Source: an uncultured delta proteobacterium
GTDB lineage: Bacteria > Desulfobacterota > RBG-13-43-22
Assembly: GCA_963711835.1 (NCBI GenBank)
Contig: CAVQFQ010000021.1
Coordinates: 1-64,000 of the forward strand
Direction of reading: 5' to 3'
Length of the DNA: 64,000 nt
Each line of letters begins with the position of its first letter. The stretch's first letter is position 1. Below are positions 50,857 through 60,788 of the stretch, one piece after another. Position numbers and translations under genes: made by a program. Below the pieces are notes generated by a model. The model saw nothing but the letters and a program-made list of their open reading frames with translations, searched no databases and was not told the origin of the DNA.

Positions 50857-51366
50857 CTAATTTTTATTTACTGTACCCTTTTGGCTTAATGGTCTAACCT
50901 TGGATCCTGGAACTATCTCCAGTCGATCAATGCCATGGACTTCGAATTCTTCCATGTATCTAATACGATATGGTTCTTCTTTCTTGACCCGAGCCATTGG
51001 ATCAAGGGCCAGGTATTTTTTCTCTCCTAATTCACGATAAAGATCCCGTGCTACAAGACGCTCGATCAATTCATCCCAGAAACTGTCGTTTTCAAATTCT
51101 TCAATATAGTCCATCGAAGGATTCGTTTTTTCAAACTCCAGAGTCGGAAAATAGCTCTGCAATTCCGGGTCATAGTCAACCAAGTGGCCGTTTCCAAAGT
51201 CTTTGGCCAGACCGCAAATTTTCTGTTCTAAATCCCGATAGGGCTTGGTCTCCTCCGGCTCATCGATCTTGTGGGCATAGAGGATCCACTCAGCCATTTC
51301 AATCATTTCAAATAGGGTTTTAAATTCACTTTTTGTGATCTCGATTTTCATCTTACTTTTCCTCAT
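50857..51366 (-). CDS. Acidic hypothetical protein, AT-richer than its neighbours
   Basis: 169-aa ORF with plausible composition; no motif recognised. Confidence 0.65.
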   Translation of the reverse strand: MRKSKMKIEITKSEFKTLFEMIEMAEWILYAHKIDEPEETKPYRDLEQKICGLAKDFGNGHLVDYDPELQSYFPTLEFEKTNPSMDYIEEFENDSFWDELIERLVARDLYRELGEKKYLALDPMARVKKEEPYRIRYMEEFEVHGIDRLEIVPGSKVRPLSQKGTVNKN

Positions 51367-51428
51367 GAATTGGGAGGGATGAAGTTAGGGCAATTTTTGG
51401 AAACCCACCCCTACCTGTTCATTATTTT

Positions 51429-53453
51429 CTATTTTCTAAATTCCGGCTTCCTTTTTTCCAGAAAGGCCGAGATGCCCTCCCTGGCCGCATCAGTGCAGGC
51501 GATCTCCCCGAAGCCCTGATAACCAATCTCCAGGGCCTCCGCCAGGGTTTCGGCCTTGGCAGCCGCCTGGATCGTTTTCATGGTAATGGCAACGGCCTCC
51601 CTGCTCAAAGGCCGTTTGCCGGCCAGAGGAGGATCGGGAAGCTGAAATTCAGGCAGATCCACCCTGCCCTCGGGAATCCTTTCAATCTTTCCCTGGAGGT
51701 TCTTGACCTCTTCAACAGCCATTTCAATCATCCCGGCATAATCATCGGCCAATTTTTTAACCAGCCCCACCTCCGCGGCCTCCTTGGCCGGGATGGGTCT
51801 GGCCAGGCAGATCATTTCATGAAAAAGCTTTGCCCCCTGAGGCCAGCGGCGATATGGCACGACGCAGCCGCCGATTCCGGGCAGGATGCCCAGGGTAATT
51901 TCCGGGAATTGAAAGGTGGATTTCCGGGTAGCCACGATGCCGTGGCAGCGCAGGGCCACTTCCAGACCGCCGCCCATGGCAAAACCGTTTACCGCAGCTA
52001 CCACCGGCTTGTCCATCTGATCCATGAAGCGTTGGACCTTGGCGCAATCCCGACTATACTGAACTGCGGCCTCCTTGTCGCCCAGCATCTCAGGGAATTT
52101 TCCGATGTCCGCCCCGGCTGAAAAAGCCTGATTTCCATAACCGGTAATGACAAACCCTTTTACTCCCGGATCCTGGCTGTATTTCATAAGGACGGACAGG
52201 ATTTCATCGGTGATTACATCGCTCAGGGCGTTCATAGCCTGAGGCCGGCGGAGGGTAATGATTTTAACGCCTTCTATTTCATCCAGCAGCAGGTAACGGT
52301 TGAAGTCCAGATAATAAGAGAGACCCTGCCTGGCTGAAGGAAACCCCGGCCGGTCCTTCTGAAATCGGCTCATAATGCGATTGACTTCCTTTTCGCCCAA
52401 CTCCGCCATGATATCCAATACCCCTTTCCGAAAGCCGAGGGCTATCTGGCAGCCGAAGTTGAGGTCTTCCCGGGTCCCGATGCCGCGGTCTATGACGTCA
52501 AAGGCTTGCGAGAAAAGGATCCCCAGCAGCCGGTCCCGGATGGTCCCTTTCAAGGCCTCCGGCACCTCCACTTTAGCGCCCGGACGATGGGTCAGCCATT
52601 TCTCCACCGATCCCAGAATGGCAGCCGGTTTATAATGAGCGCCCTCTTCCATCTGGAGGGTGTTGGTTTCGATGATGATCGGATTTCCGTTGGCCAGATT
52701 CAGGACAAAGAACGGACCGGCGGAAACAAAGGCTTCGGCCACCTTGTCGATCTGGCCGGCGTTGGCCTGGTCCAGCAGATAGGCGGCATCGTTGCACCAG
52801 TTGTCGAAGATGCGGTCCAGCATAAAGCAAAGGGCATTATCCGTTACCATCGGGGCCTTGCCGGTAGCGGCAAAAAACCAGCAGAGCCAATCCACGGTAT
52901 CCGGATCGGCCCCCGGCCAGTTGATTACTTCCACGGGAAGGGAACGCCAGGCCGGGGCAAAAAAGTGAGTAATGGTGGTCCGTTCCTGACGTTTCATTTT
53001 GTTAAAGATCCGGTCGGCCGGGATGGAACTGGTATTGGAGGTAATGATCGCCTGGTCGCTGACGATGCCTTCTACTGTCTCAAAGATCTTTTGCTTGATC
53101 GGGATGCGCTCCGTAGCCGCTTCGATAACCAGGTCGCAGTTTTTAATCTGAGCGTAATCCTGGGTATAGAGGATGCCCCCCAGGACTTCCCGGGCCTTTT
53201 CCTCTTTCATCTTCTTCATGTCCAGGGCTTTTTGCACATATCCGGCCAGCCTCTTCTCGGCCTTTTTGAGGGGCTCATCGGCTACATCAACCAGATATAA
53301 CCGGATGCCGGGCAGGGCGCTCTTCAGGTAATAGCCGATGTCCGGGCCGATGGTCCCGGCGCCGATCACGGCGATTTCTTTGGGCAACGGCCTTTTCGGT
53401 TTCAGAAATAAGGGATTAAAAAACGAGGGGTAGAGTTTTTTCACTTGATCCAT
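51429..53453 (-). CDS. 3-hydroxyacyl-CoA dehydrogenase / enoyl-CoA hydratase fusion (dehydrogenase first)
   Basis: GAGTIG, VIEAATE, SNTSSI, HFFAPA; then AMNAL, FSAGADI, GGGLEVAL, PEITLGILPG; GGAGG RBS. Confidence 0.92.
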   Translation of the reverse strand: MDQVKKLYPSFFNPLFLKPKRPLPKEIAVIGAGTIGPDIGYYLKSALPGIRLYLVDVADEPLKKAEKRLAGYVQKALDMKKMKEEKAREVLGGILYTQDYAQIKNCDLVIEAATERIPIKQKIFETVEGIVSDQAIITSNTSSIPADRIFNKMKRQERTTITHFFAPAWRSLPVEVINWPGADPDTVDWLCWFFAATGKAPMVTDNALCFMLDRIFDNWCNDAAYLLDQANAGQIDKVAEAFVSAGPFFVLNLANGNPIIIETNTLQMEEGAHYKPAAILGSVEKWLTHRPGAKVEVPEALKGTIRDRLLGILFSQAFDVIDRGIGTREDLNFGCQIALGFRKGVLDIMAELGEKEVNRIMSRFQKDRPGFPSARQGLSYYLDFNRYLLLDEIEGVKIITLRRPQAMNALSDVITDEILSVLMKYSQDPGVKGFVITGYGNQAFSAGADIGKFPEMLGDKEAAVQYSRDCAKVQRFMDQMDKPVVAAVNGFAMGGGLEVALRCHGIVATRKSTFQFPEITLGILPGIGGCVVPYRRWPQGAKLFHEMICLARPIPAKEAAEVGLVKKLADDYAGMIEMAVEEVKNLQGKIERIPEGRVDLPEFQLPDPPLAGKRPLSREAVAITMKTIQAAAKAETLAEALEIGYQGFGEIACTDAAREGISAFLEKRKPEFRK

Positions 53454-53641
53454 GGTTTGCCTCCTTAATGCACTTTATAAAAAGTTGAGATATATAAATC
53501 CGAAATTCGAAGCACGAAATCCGAAACAAATACAAATGACAAAAATTCAAATGTACTAAACAAGTTGAAGAGCCTGCCACGGAAAATACATTTTGCCCTT
53601 CCCCTTTCAGCTACGAGCTATGAGCTGTGAGCTATCAGCTT

Positions 53642-54556
53642 CTATAAGGCCCTCATCCATTCCGGCCTTAAGCCCACTTCCCCTTTAATGGCCCTGGCGA
53701 TCAAGCCCAGGGCCGGTTCTTTGCCTTCAGGGAAGCGCACCTTAATCGGCAGGTAATTGGAGGCATGGTTGGAATAAAAAAGACCCCGGGAAAGCCGGGT
53801 GGCGGCCAGCATCTCTCCCAACTCCAGCAGCAGTTCTTCCACCGTCAGGGGCTCGAATCTTCCCTCGGCCTGTTCCCGGCCCAGGTCGGTATTGGGTAGG
53901 ATCATAACCGTCAAGGCCCCCACGAAATTCGGATCCATTTCAGTCAACAGGCTGCCGGTAGCCCGGGCGTGTTCCAAGGACATTTCCTTTCCGGCGATAC
54001 CCAAAAGGACGGTGACGGACAGTTTAATCCCGGCTTCTTTGATCCTCTGCCCCTGAAGGATCAAATTCTCACGGCTGCTGCCCTTGCAAATCTTTTTAAG
54101 CAGTTCAGGGTGGCCGGTTTCCACCCCCAGATAAACGATTCCCAGCCCCAGGGCCTTCAGTTGCCGCAGTTCATCATCGCTTTTCATCTTGATGCTTTTG
54201 GCGTTGGCGTAGAGCCCCACCCTCTTGACCCAGGGCAGATGCTCCCTTATCCGTTCCAGAATCCAGACCAGCCTTTTCTGGGGGATAATCAGGGCATCGC
54301 CGTCCATCAGGAAAACCCGGTCCTGGCGCCGGCAGATTCTCGCGGCAAACAGGATATCTTTCAATATCCTTTCTTCGGATTTGATCCGGAAGCGCTTTTC
54401 CTTATAGGTTCCGCAAAAGGAACACTTATTGTGGGAACAGCCGACCGTGACCTGAAGCAGGATGCTGAAGGCCTCGCTCGGCGGCCGGATGACCATGCCT
54501 TCATATTCCATCTCATCGTCTTGTACTTCATCAACCATGGGAGCTTTCTCCTTCAA
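53642..54556 (-). CDS. Radical SAM protein
   Basis: IRPPSEA, GCSHNKCSFC (CxxxCxxC), FLMDGDAL, SNHASNYL; true start may be a downstream Met. Confidence 0.9.
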   Translation of the reverse strand: MKEKAPMVDEVQDDEMEYEGMVIRPPSEAFSILLQVTVGCSHNKCSFCGTYKEKRFRIKSEERILKDILFAARICRRQDRVFLMDGDALIIPQKRLVWILERIREHLPWVKRVGLYANAKSIKMKSDDELRQLKALGLGIVYLGVETGHPELLKKICKGSSRENLILQGQRIKEAGIKLSVTVLLGIAGKEMSLEHARATGSLLTEMDPNFVGALTVMILPNTDLGREQAEGRFEPLTVEELLLELGEMLAATRLSRGLFYSNHASNYLPIKVRFPEGKEPALGLIARAIKGEVGLRPEWMRAL

Positions 54557-54845
54557 GATGAACTCATTTCACTTCCGATTACTTACCATATCTCCGGGTA
54601 AGGAATAAATAGAATAAGAGGTTCCCCTTTCGATGATTTCATCTTCAGCCGTAACGTAATTTTACTCCGTTAGCCCTCCGCTTGAAGACATTTTTTGTTA
54701 TTTTTCGCAATTTTTTTGTCCCCCGGCGTCCTTGAAGCAACAAAAGTTGGCCTTTGACGAATTCCGTCCTGTTGAAAATGGTTTTGCATTTCTATAACTA
54801 TTCATTATTTCACGTAAATTTACTTATACCGTCCAGTTCTTTTCC

Positions 54846-54862
54846 TTGGTGTTTTTCTTGCA
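54846..54862 (+). promoter_or_regulatory. Putative sigma-54 (-24/-12) promoter of the minor-pilin operon
   Basis: TTGGTGTTTTTCTTGCA gives GG-N10-GC, about 60 bp upstream of the ATG at 54923. Confidence 0.55.
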
Positions 54863-54922
54863 AGGATTTAAGTCGAATCTATTAATTTTTTCAACGCCCT
54901 GGGGTGACTGATCTACAGGTTT

Positions 54923-55495
54923 ATGAATTTTTATCGTAACGAATCCTTATCCCTTGATTTTAGAAATCCTCCCCCAGGCCCACCGATCCTTTCAGGCCGT
55001 GACAACCGGCAAGGCTGGACCCTTATTGAAATGCTGACCATTATTGCGGTCATTGGTATTATCGCCGCTATCGGCATCCCTAATTTTTCAAACTGGATTC
55101 ACAGCTTTCGCTTAAAAAATGCCGCCAGTGATATGATGTCCAATCTTCATAAGGCCCGAATGAGAGCGATCAGTCAGAATAGCAACTGTGTGGTGTCCTT
55201 TGATCTGACCGGTTCCGGGAGTTATCTCCTGTTTATGGACGACGGCGCGGGAGGAGGCACAGCCAAAAACGGCCTAAGAGACGGCTCTGAAGAACTGATC
55301 AAGAGTGTTTCTCCGGCCACCGATAATCCCGGCATTGCCTTAATCGGCGTCACCTTAGACGGGTCCTCCGCCTATGGGTTTACCCCCATGGGGTTGTCTT
55401 TCGCCAACCGCTCCGGATCCGTAGTTTTTCAAAATCAAAGCGGCACAACACGCCAGGTCGATCTTTCGGCCGGGGGAAATATCAGCCTTCATTGA
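54923..55495 (+). CDS. fimT: GspH/FimT-family minor pilin
   Basis: Prepilin site RQG/WTLIE plus hydrophobic helix; LHKARMRAI. Confidence 0.85.
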   Translation: MNFYRNESLSLDFRNPPPGPPILSGRDNRQGWTLIEMLTIIAVIGIIAAIGIPNFSNWIHSFRLKNAASDMMSNLHKARMRAISQNSNCVVSFDLTGSGSYLLFMDDGAGGGTAKNGLRDGSEELIKSVSPATDNPGIALIGVTLDGSSAYGFTPMGLSFANRSGSVVFQNQSGTTRQVDLSAGGNISLH

Positions 55496-55503
55496 GGTCG
55501 GGT

Positions 55504-55863
55504 ATGGGATTTAGAAAGAAGCGTAACCAAAAAGGATTTACCATATTGGAGGTTTTGATTGCCGTCTCGGTCTTCTCCTTTGCCTTGCTGGCCCTGGCCC
55601 AAATGCAGATTATGGCTATTCAAACCAATGCCACCAGCCAGCAGCGAACCACGGCCATCACCTTGGCCCAGGATAAAATGGAAATTTTAAAAAGGCTTCC
55701 TTATACCCAGATCGGCACCGGCAACGACGTTTCCGGCCTGTTTGCCCGAAGCTGGAATGTACAGAACGATTTCCCATCGAGCGGGATGAAAACCATAAAC
55801 CTCACGGTGAGCTGGGCCGCGGGTTCCAAGGCAGTAACGCTGCAGACCATGGTTACCCAATGA
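55504..55863 (+). CDS. pilV: PilV-like minor pilin
   Basis: QKG/FTILEVLIA; AITLAQDKME. Confidence 0.85.
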   Translation: MGFRKKRNQKGFTILEVLIAVSVFSFALLALAQMQIMAIQTNATSQQRTTAITLAQDKMEILKRLPYTQIGTGNDVSGLFARSWNVQNDFPSSGMKTINLTVSWAAGSKAVTLQTMVTQ

Positions 55864-56828
55864 AAAAAAGATTTCCTTTTAAACCTGCGGCCATAAAAAA
55901 ATTGTTTAAAAACTCAGGGTTTACCCTGGTTGAATTATTGGTGGCCATGTCCCTGAGCGGGATTATTGTTTCGGCGGTCTATAGCTTATTTATTCATCAA
56001 AACAAGAGTTTCATCGTTCAAGGGCAGGTGACCGAGATACAACAAAATCTCCGAGGTGCTTTGGAGATTATGGGCTTGGATATCAAGATGGCCGGCTTTG
56101 GATTTTCAACGACCGGAACAGCCTCCTACTATAACGGCAGCGGGATTGTCACTTTAAAATCGGTCGTGCCGACCAACAGCACTAACGGCCCGGATAGTAT
56201 TCAAATCAGTTACGGAGATAACGCCCTCAAAACAAAACTAAGCGAACCCGCACTTAAGGCCACCCACTCCGCTCCCCTGTCGGTGGATAATACAGCCGGC
56301 TTTCAGGTGAACGATATCATCCTCCTCAGCGATGGGACCAATGCTTCCTTATTACAGATAACGGGCATCAATACTTCGCAGCTCCTGCATGCCTCGGTCT
56401 CGGGCAATCTCAACCCCCCGGCGGGCATGGATTTTTTTCCCAGGGACTACGTGAAAGGGAGTTGGGTCTATAAATTAAAAAATGGTTCCTATCGGATTAC
56501 TAATGCCAACCCCAACCATCCCCGTTTGGAAGTGAACTGGGGTGGAGCCTGGACCGGCGGAACCTTTCAATCCCTGGCCGAAGATATCGAAGATCTCCAG
56601 ATTGCCTACCGGGATGATGTCGGTATCTGGCATTATACGCTCTCCAACAGCACACCGCCCGGAAATATTCGAGATGTCCGGCTCAATCTGGTCGGCAGGT
56701 CCAGAGGACTGGACCCGGTTTTTTCAGGACGGCGGCCTGCGCTGGAGGACCGTCCCAGCGGTATTTTGGACAACCTGCGCAGGAGAACCTTAACCACCAC
56801 CTTCATGATCAGGAATTTGGGGATTTAG
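55860..56828 (+). CDS. pilW: PilW-like minor pilin
   Basis: NSG/FTLVELLVAM; QQNLR...DIKMAG; LAEDIEDLQIAY; C-terminal IRN. Confidence 0.87.
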   Translation: MKKRFPFKPAAIKKLFKNSGFTLVELLVAMSLSGIIVSAVYSLFIHQNKSFIVQGQVTEIQQNLRGALEIMGLDIKMAGFGFSTTGTASYYNGSGIVTLKSVVPTNSTNGPDSIQISYGDNALKTKLSEPALKATHSAPLSVDNTAGFQVNDIILLSDGTNASLLQITGINTSQLLHASVSGNLNPPAGMDFFPRDYVKGSWVYKLKNGSYRITNANPNHPRLEVNWGGAWTGGTFQSLAEDIEDLQIAYRDDVGIWHYTLSNSTPPGNIRDVRLNLVGRSRGLDPVFSGRRPALEDRPSGILDNLRRRTLTTTFMIRNLGI

Positions 56829-56830
56829 AG

Positions 56831-58540
56831 ATGAATGACTTCAGGGATTCCAAAGGGTTTAAGACCCTCAACAACAATAAAGGAAGCGCCTTAATCATTG
56901 CTTTGGCCGTCATGACCATCCTGTTGCTGATCGGCGGGGCCGGCCTGTTGATGTCCAATCAGGAGACCCAGATCTCCGGGAACGGGGTCCTGGTTAAAAA
57001 AGCCTTTTATGCCGCCGAAGCCGGAACGGAATATGGCTTGTCCAACCTGCGGGGTTTGCTTCAGAACACCCTCTACCCGACCATTAACATCCCGGCACCG
57101 ACTATGGCGGGCTATGCCATCGAGGATTTTTCAGTCGTTAAACTCAATGCCACTCCCGTTCAGATGGATATTAACCAAGGCACCTATCGAGGCTTACAGG
57201 CCTTCCTCACCCGATACGAAATTAAAACCAAAGCCAGGGTGAACAACTCCAACACAAATGCCAGCGTCGGCCTGCTGGTGGATGATCAGCTTATCCCCAT
57301 TTTTCAATTCGGGATTTTTTATTACAACGACCTGGAAATGATCCCCGGAGCCCGCATGGATTATTCCGGGGGCCGGATCCATTCCAACCATGATATTTAC
57401 CTCCAGGCCAATGGGACCACCTTTAACATTAACGCCCCGATCACCACCGCCGGAGATATCATCAACGGGCAAAAAGACGGCACCGCCCGTTCCACAGGGA
57501 CGGTTCAGATCATGGACGGGAAAAACCCTCCCGCCTATCAAACCCTGAATATCGATAGTCGTACCGCCGATTGGGCCAATCTGGCCATTAACCGATGGGA
57601 TTATCAGGTTCAAACCAAAGACCATGATATCTTTCCGATCACCTTGCCTCTTCCCTCCTCCAGCAACACCATCGATATTATCAAACGAGGACAGGCAAGC
57701 GATCCGTCATTACTCAGAGAAAGCCGGTTGTACTGGAAAGCCGGGTTGAGAATTTTGGATGGGGTGGCCTATGACAAAAATGGAAATGTAGTTAACCTAA
57801 GCTATAATGACAGCGGTGTAATCAAGAATCCCATTTCTACTCATACTATGTATGACCAGCGCGAAGGGAAAACCATGCAGGTCACCCAGGTGGACGTGGA
57901 CATATTGACGAACCCGTTATACCCTTGGCTGGCTAAAATAAATGACCCGCCCAGCGGCGGCGACCCCGGTATTTTTTATATCTCCGAAACCCCCTCGGTC
58001 AACCCGGCTGAAATTAACGCCGTACGCCTGGTTAATGGATCGGTCATCCCGGCCACCGGGCTTACGGTGGCCACCGACAATCCCCTTTATATTCAAGGCG
58101 ACTATAATAACCCCGCCAACAGGCCTGCGGCCGTAGCGGCCGATGCCGTTACGGTCCTTTCCAAAAGCTGGAACAGCACCAGCGATAGCACCTCCAGCTT
58201 TGAAAATAATCTCAGCCACCGGGTTGCTGCCGCCACGACAGTTAATGCCGCTCTGCTCACGGGAAACCGGGAAAGCGCTTCCGGAGGACAATACAGCGGA
58301 GGCATAGAAAATTTCATCCGGTTCCTGGAGAATTGGACCGGGAAGCCCTTTACCTATAAAGGCTCCCTGGTTTGTCTCTGGCAAAGCGAGCAAGTGACCG
58401 GCAATTGGCGATACGGCTCTCCTGTTTATACCGCCCCGAACCGCGTCTGGTCCTATGGTATCGATCCTGCGCATTTGCCTCCGGGCACTCCCCGGGTTCG
58501 CTACATGCAGCGGATCCAGTGGTATCAGACCTTAAATTAG
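56831..58540 (+). CDS. pilX: PilX-N domain protein with a large C-terminal domain
   Basis: KG/SALIIAL (no Glu5), AFYAAEAG; C-terminal SGGIENFIRFLENW...Y.APNRVWSY. Confidence 0.8.
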   Translation: MNDFRDSKGFKTLNNNKGSALIIALAVMTILLLIGGAGLLMSNQETQISGNGVLVKKAFYAAEAGTEYGLSNLRGLLQNTLYPTINIPAPTMAGYAIEDFSVVKLNATPVQMDINQGTYRGLQAFLTRYEIKTKARVNNSNTNASVGLLVDDQLIPIFQFGIFYYNDLEMIPGARMDYSGGRIHSNHDIYLQANGTTFNINAPITTAGDIINGQKDGTARSTGTVQIMDGKNPPAYQTLNIDSRTADWANLAINRWDYQVQTKDHDIFPITLPLPSSSNTIDIIKRGQASDPSLLRESRLYWKAGLRILDGVAYDKNGNVVNLSYNDSGVIKNPISTHTMYDQREGKTMQVTQVDVDILTNPLYPWLAKINDPPSGGDPGIFYISETPSVNPAEINAVRLVNGSVIPATGLTVATDNPLYIQGDYNNPANRPAAVAADAVTVLSKSWNSTSDSTSSFENNLSHRVAAATTVNAALLTGNRESASGGQYSGGIENFIRFLENWTGKPFTYKGSLVCLWQSEQVTGNWRYGSPVYTAPNRVWSYGIDPAHLPPGTPRVRYMQRIQWYQTLN

Positions 58541-58566
58541 CCCGGGGGTTCAATCAAGGAGGCAAC

Positions 58567-60531
58567 GTGAAAATTCTGCGTGTTGGCGGTCTTTCTGCTC
58601 TCTTACTCTTGGCCTTCGTTGTTTTGGTGTTTGCGCCGGCGGCGGCCAAGACGTCCGAAAAAGCGACTGCCCACCAGAGACCTGCCGATCTATCGGACCT
58701 GCCGGTCTCAACCCAGGCCCCTATTTCCGCTGCTCTGGGCCAGGATAACCCGGCCTATCATTTTCAGCCCATTGCCGACGGCTGGCGAGCCCGGCAAATG
58801 CGTCAGGGATTGGAAATCGATCTGGAGGCTGACGGTCTGGTGCTGCGCACCGCTGACCACCGATTAGCCCTGAAACTGGTGGCTTGGGGAAACCCTAAGG
58901 GGCTCCGGCTGGTATCGCCGTCCCTGCCCCAGACCACGGCCAATCGCATCGCCTATGCCCATGGCCGGCTGACGGAATGGTACCTCAATGGACCCCTTGG
59001 TCTGGAGCAGGGTTTCAGTATTGAGTGCCCACCGGACACCCCCTCCGGATTATTGGAAGAGGATGGCCGTGGGCTGACCCTGGCCCTGGCCGTTACAACT
59101 GATTTGGACCTCAGGCTGGACGCTGATAAAAAAGGGATTACTTTGAGCCGTCCCCATGGCCCGGCCCTGCTTCGCTACGGAGGGCTGACCGCCTTTGATG
59201 CCGCCGGCAAGGAACTGCCGGCCTGGCTGGAGCTCGAAGGTGAGGCCTCCACAATACTCCATTTACACGTGGACGACCGGGGGGCTGTCTATCCGCTGAC
59301 GATTGACCCCTGGATTCAGTCCGCCAAACTGATTGACCCCAATGGGGCGGACTTCGACCAATTCGGGTACTCGGTGGCCGTCAGCGGAGACACGGCTGTA
59401 GTCGGGGCCTATGGCAACAACCTGTTCCACGGTGCGGCTTACGTCTTTGTTAGGCCCGTCTCCGGATGGGCTTCTATAGCCACTTTCTCCGCCAAACTGA
59501 CCGCCTCCGATGGGGCAGTCAATGATTATTTTGGTGTGTCGGTGGCCGTCAGCGGAGACACCGTTGTGGTCGGAGCGGATGGCAACCTTGGACGCGGTGC
59601 GGCTTACGTCTTTGTTAAGCCCGTCTCCGGCTGGGCCACCACATCCAATTTCTCCGCCAAACTGACCACCTCCGATGGGGAAGACAACGACCGATTCGGG
59701 TACTCGGTGGCTATCAGCGGGGACACCGCCCTGGTCGGAGCCTATGGTGCCGGCCTAATACGGGGTGCCGCTTATGTCTTTGTTAGTCCCGTCTCCGGCT
59801 GGGCCACTACCTCCGCCTTCTCCGCCAAACTGACCGCTTCCGATGGGGTGGAGGATGACAATTTCGGTTTCTCGGCCGCCCTGAGCGGGGACACGGCTGT
59901 AGTCGCGGCCTATGGCCACAATCAGGGCTCCGGCGCCACTTACGTCTTTGTTAAGCCCATCTCCGGCTGGGCCACTACCTCCGCCTTCTCCGCCAAACTG
60001 ACCGCTTCCGATGGGGCCGCTGGGGACAATTTCGGCTTTTCGGCGGCCATCAGCAACGATACCGTCATAGTCGGGTCCCCTTACGATCAAATCATTAGCA
60101 ACTCCAGCCAGGGTTCGGCCTATGTCTTCGTCAAACCTCCAGGTGCCTGGGCCACCACTAATATCTTCAATGCCAAACTGACCGCTTCCGATGGAGCCGC
60201 CTATGACAATTTCGGCGTCTCGGTGGCCATCAGTGGCGACACCGTACTGGTCGGGGCCTACGGCAATGCTCTCAGTCGTGGGGCCGCTTATCTCTTCGAT
60301 AAACCGGTCACCGGCTGGACCACTACCAATAACTTCACAGCCAAGCTAACTGCTTCCGATGGGGCAACTGTTGACAATTTCGGCGTCTCGGTGGCCATCA
60401 GCGGCCTCACTGCCCTGGTCGGGGCCTACTATGATGATATCGGGACGAATACCGATCAAGGCTCGGCCTATGTATTTACATCAGGGACGCCGAGTTTTTT
60501 CTCGCTCTATCTGCCCTTAATTATGAAGTAA
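58567..60531 (+). CDS. Secreted FG-GAP repeat (beta-propeller) protein
   Basis: GTG start after AAGGAGG, signal peptide, seven repeats of KLTASDG...FGxSVAxSGDT.vVGA...GAAYVF; ends LYLPLIMK. Confidence 0.88.
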   Translation: MKILRVGGLSALLLLAFVVLVFAPAAAKTSEKATAHQRPADLSDLPVSTQAPISAALGQDNPAYHFQPIADGWRARQMRQGLEIDLEADGLVLRTADHRLALKLVAWGNPKGLRLVSPSLPQTTANRIAYAHGRLTEWYLNGPLGLEQGFSIECPPDTPSGLLEEDGRGLTLALAVTTDLDLRLDADKKGITLSRPHGPALLRYGGLTAFDAAGKELPAWLELEGEASTILHLHVDDRGAVYPLTIDPWIQSAKLIDPNGADFDQFGYSVAVSGDTAVVGAYGNNLFHGAAYVFVRPVSGWASIATFSAKLTASDGAVNDYFGVSVAVSGDTVVVGADGNLGRGAAYVFVKPVSGWATTSNFSAKLTTSDGEDNDRFGYSVAISGDTALVGAYGAGLIRGAAYVFVSPVSGWATTSAFSAKLTASDGVEDDNFGFSAALSGDTAVVAAYGHNQGSGATYVFVKPISGWATTSAFSAKLTASDGAAGDNFGFSAAISNDTVIVGSPYDQIISNSSQGSAYVFVKPPGAWATTNIFNAKLTASDGAAYDNFGVSVAISGDTVLVGAYGNALSRGAAYLFDKPVTGWTTTNNFTAKLTASDGATVDNFGVSVAISGLTALVGAYYDDIGTNTDQGSAYVFTSGTPSFFSLYLPLIMK

Positions 60532-60788
60532 CCGGGGGTCCCCCGGCAGAAATCGAAGCTGAGGAGATCTCTTAACTCTTCCAAATAGTACAAGTCCCCT
60601 CCCCCCATTCAAAAAAATTTTCATTCTTCTGATCTGTTTGCTGGTCGCCTATCATCCCTAAAAGCAAACCGCTCTATCTTGATTTCTGTTGACATCCTAA
60701 AAATTTTTCGGTAAAGGATAGTGAACTTGTTTGACGGCGATTGTGGATTTGTTCTTTTTGACTGATATCAACTGAATAGGAGGGTAAA

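Noticed and set aside
50857-51400. AT-rich lone gene as an integron cassette
   Set aside because: The nearby GTTAGGGC is on the wrong strand relative to the gene and no attC follows the stop.
59320-60480. ~170-bp near-identical repeats as possible DGR template/variable repeats
   Set aside because: They are in-frame FG-GAP repeats; differences are not adenine-specific and there is no reverse transcriptase.
60715-60740. Rex-like operator upstream of the tmcC-like gene
   Set aside because: Only one half-site resembles the consensus; too weak to call.
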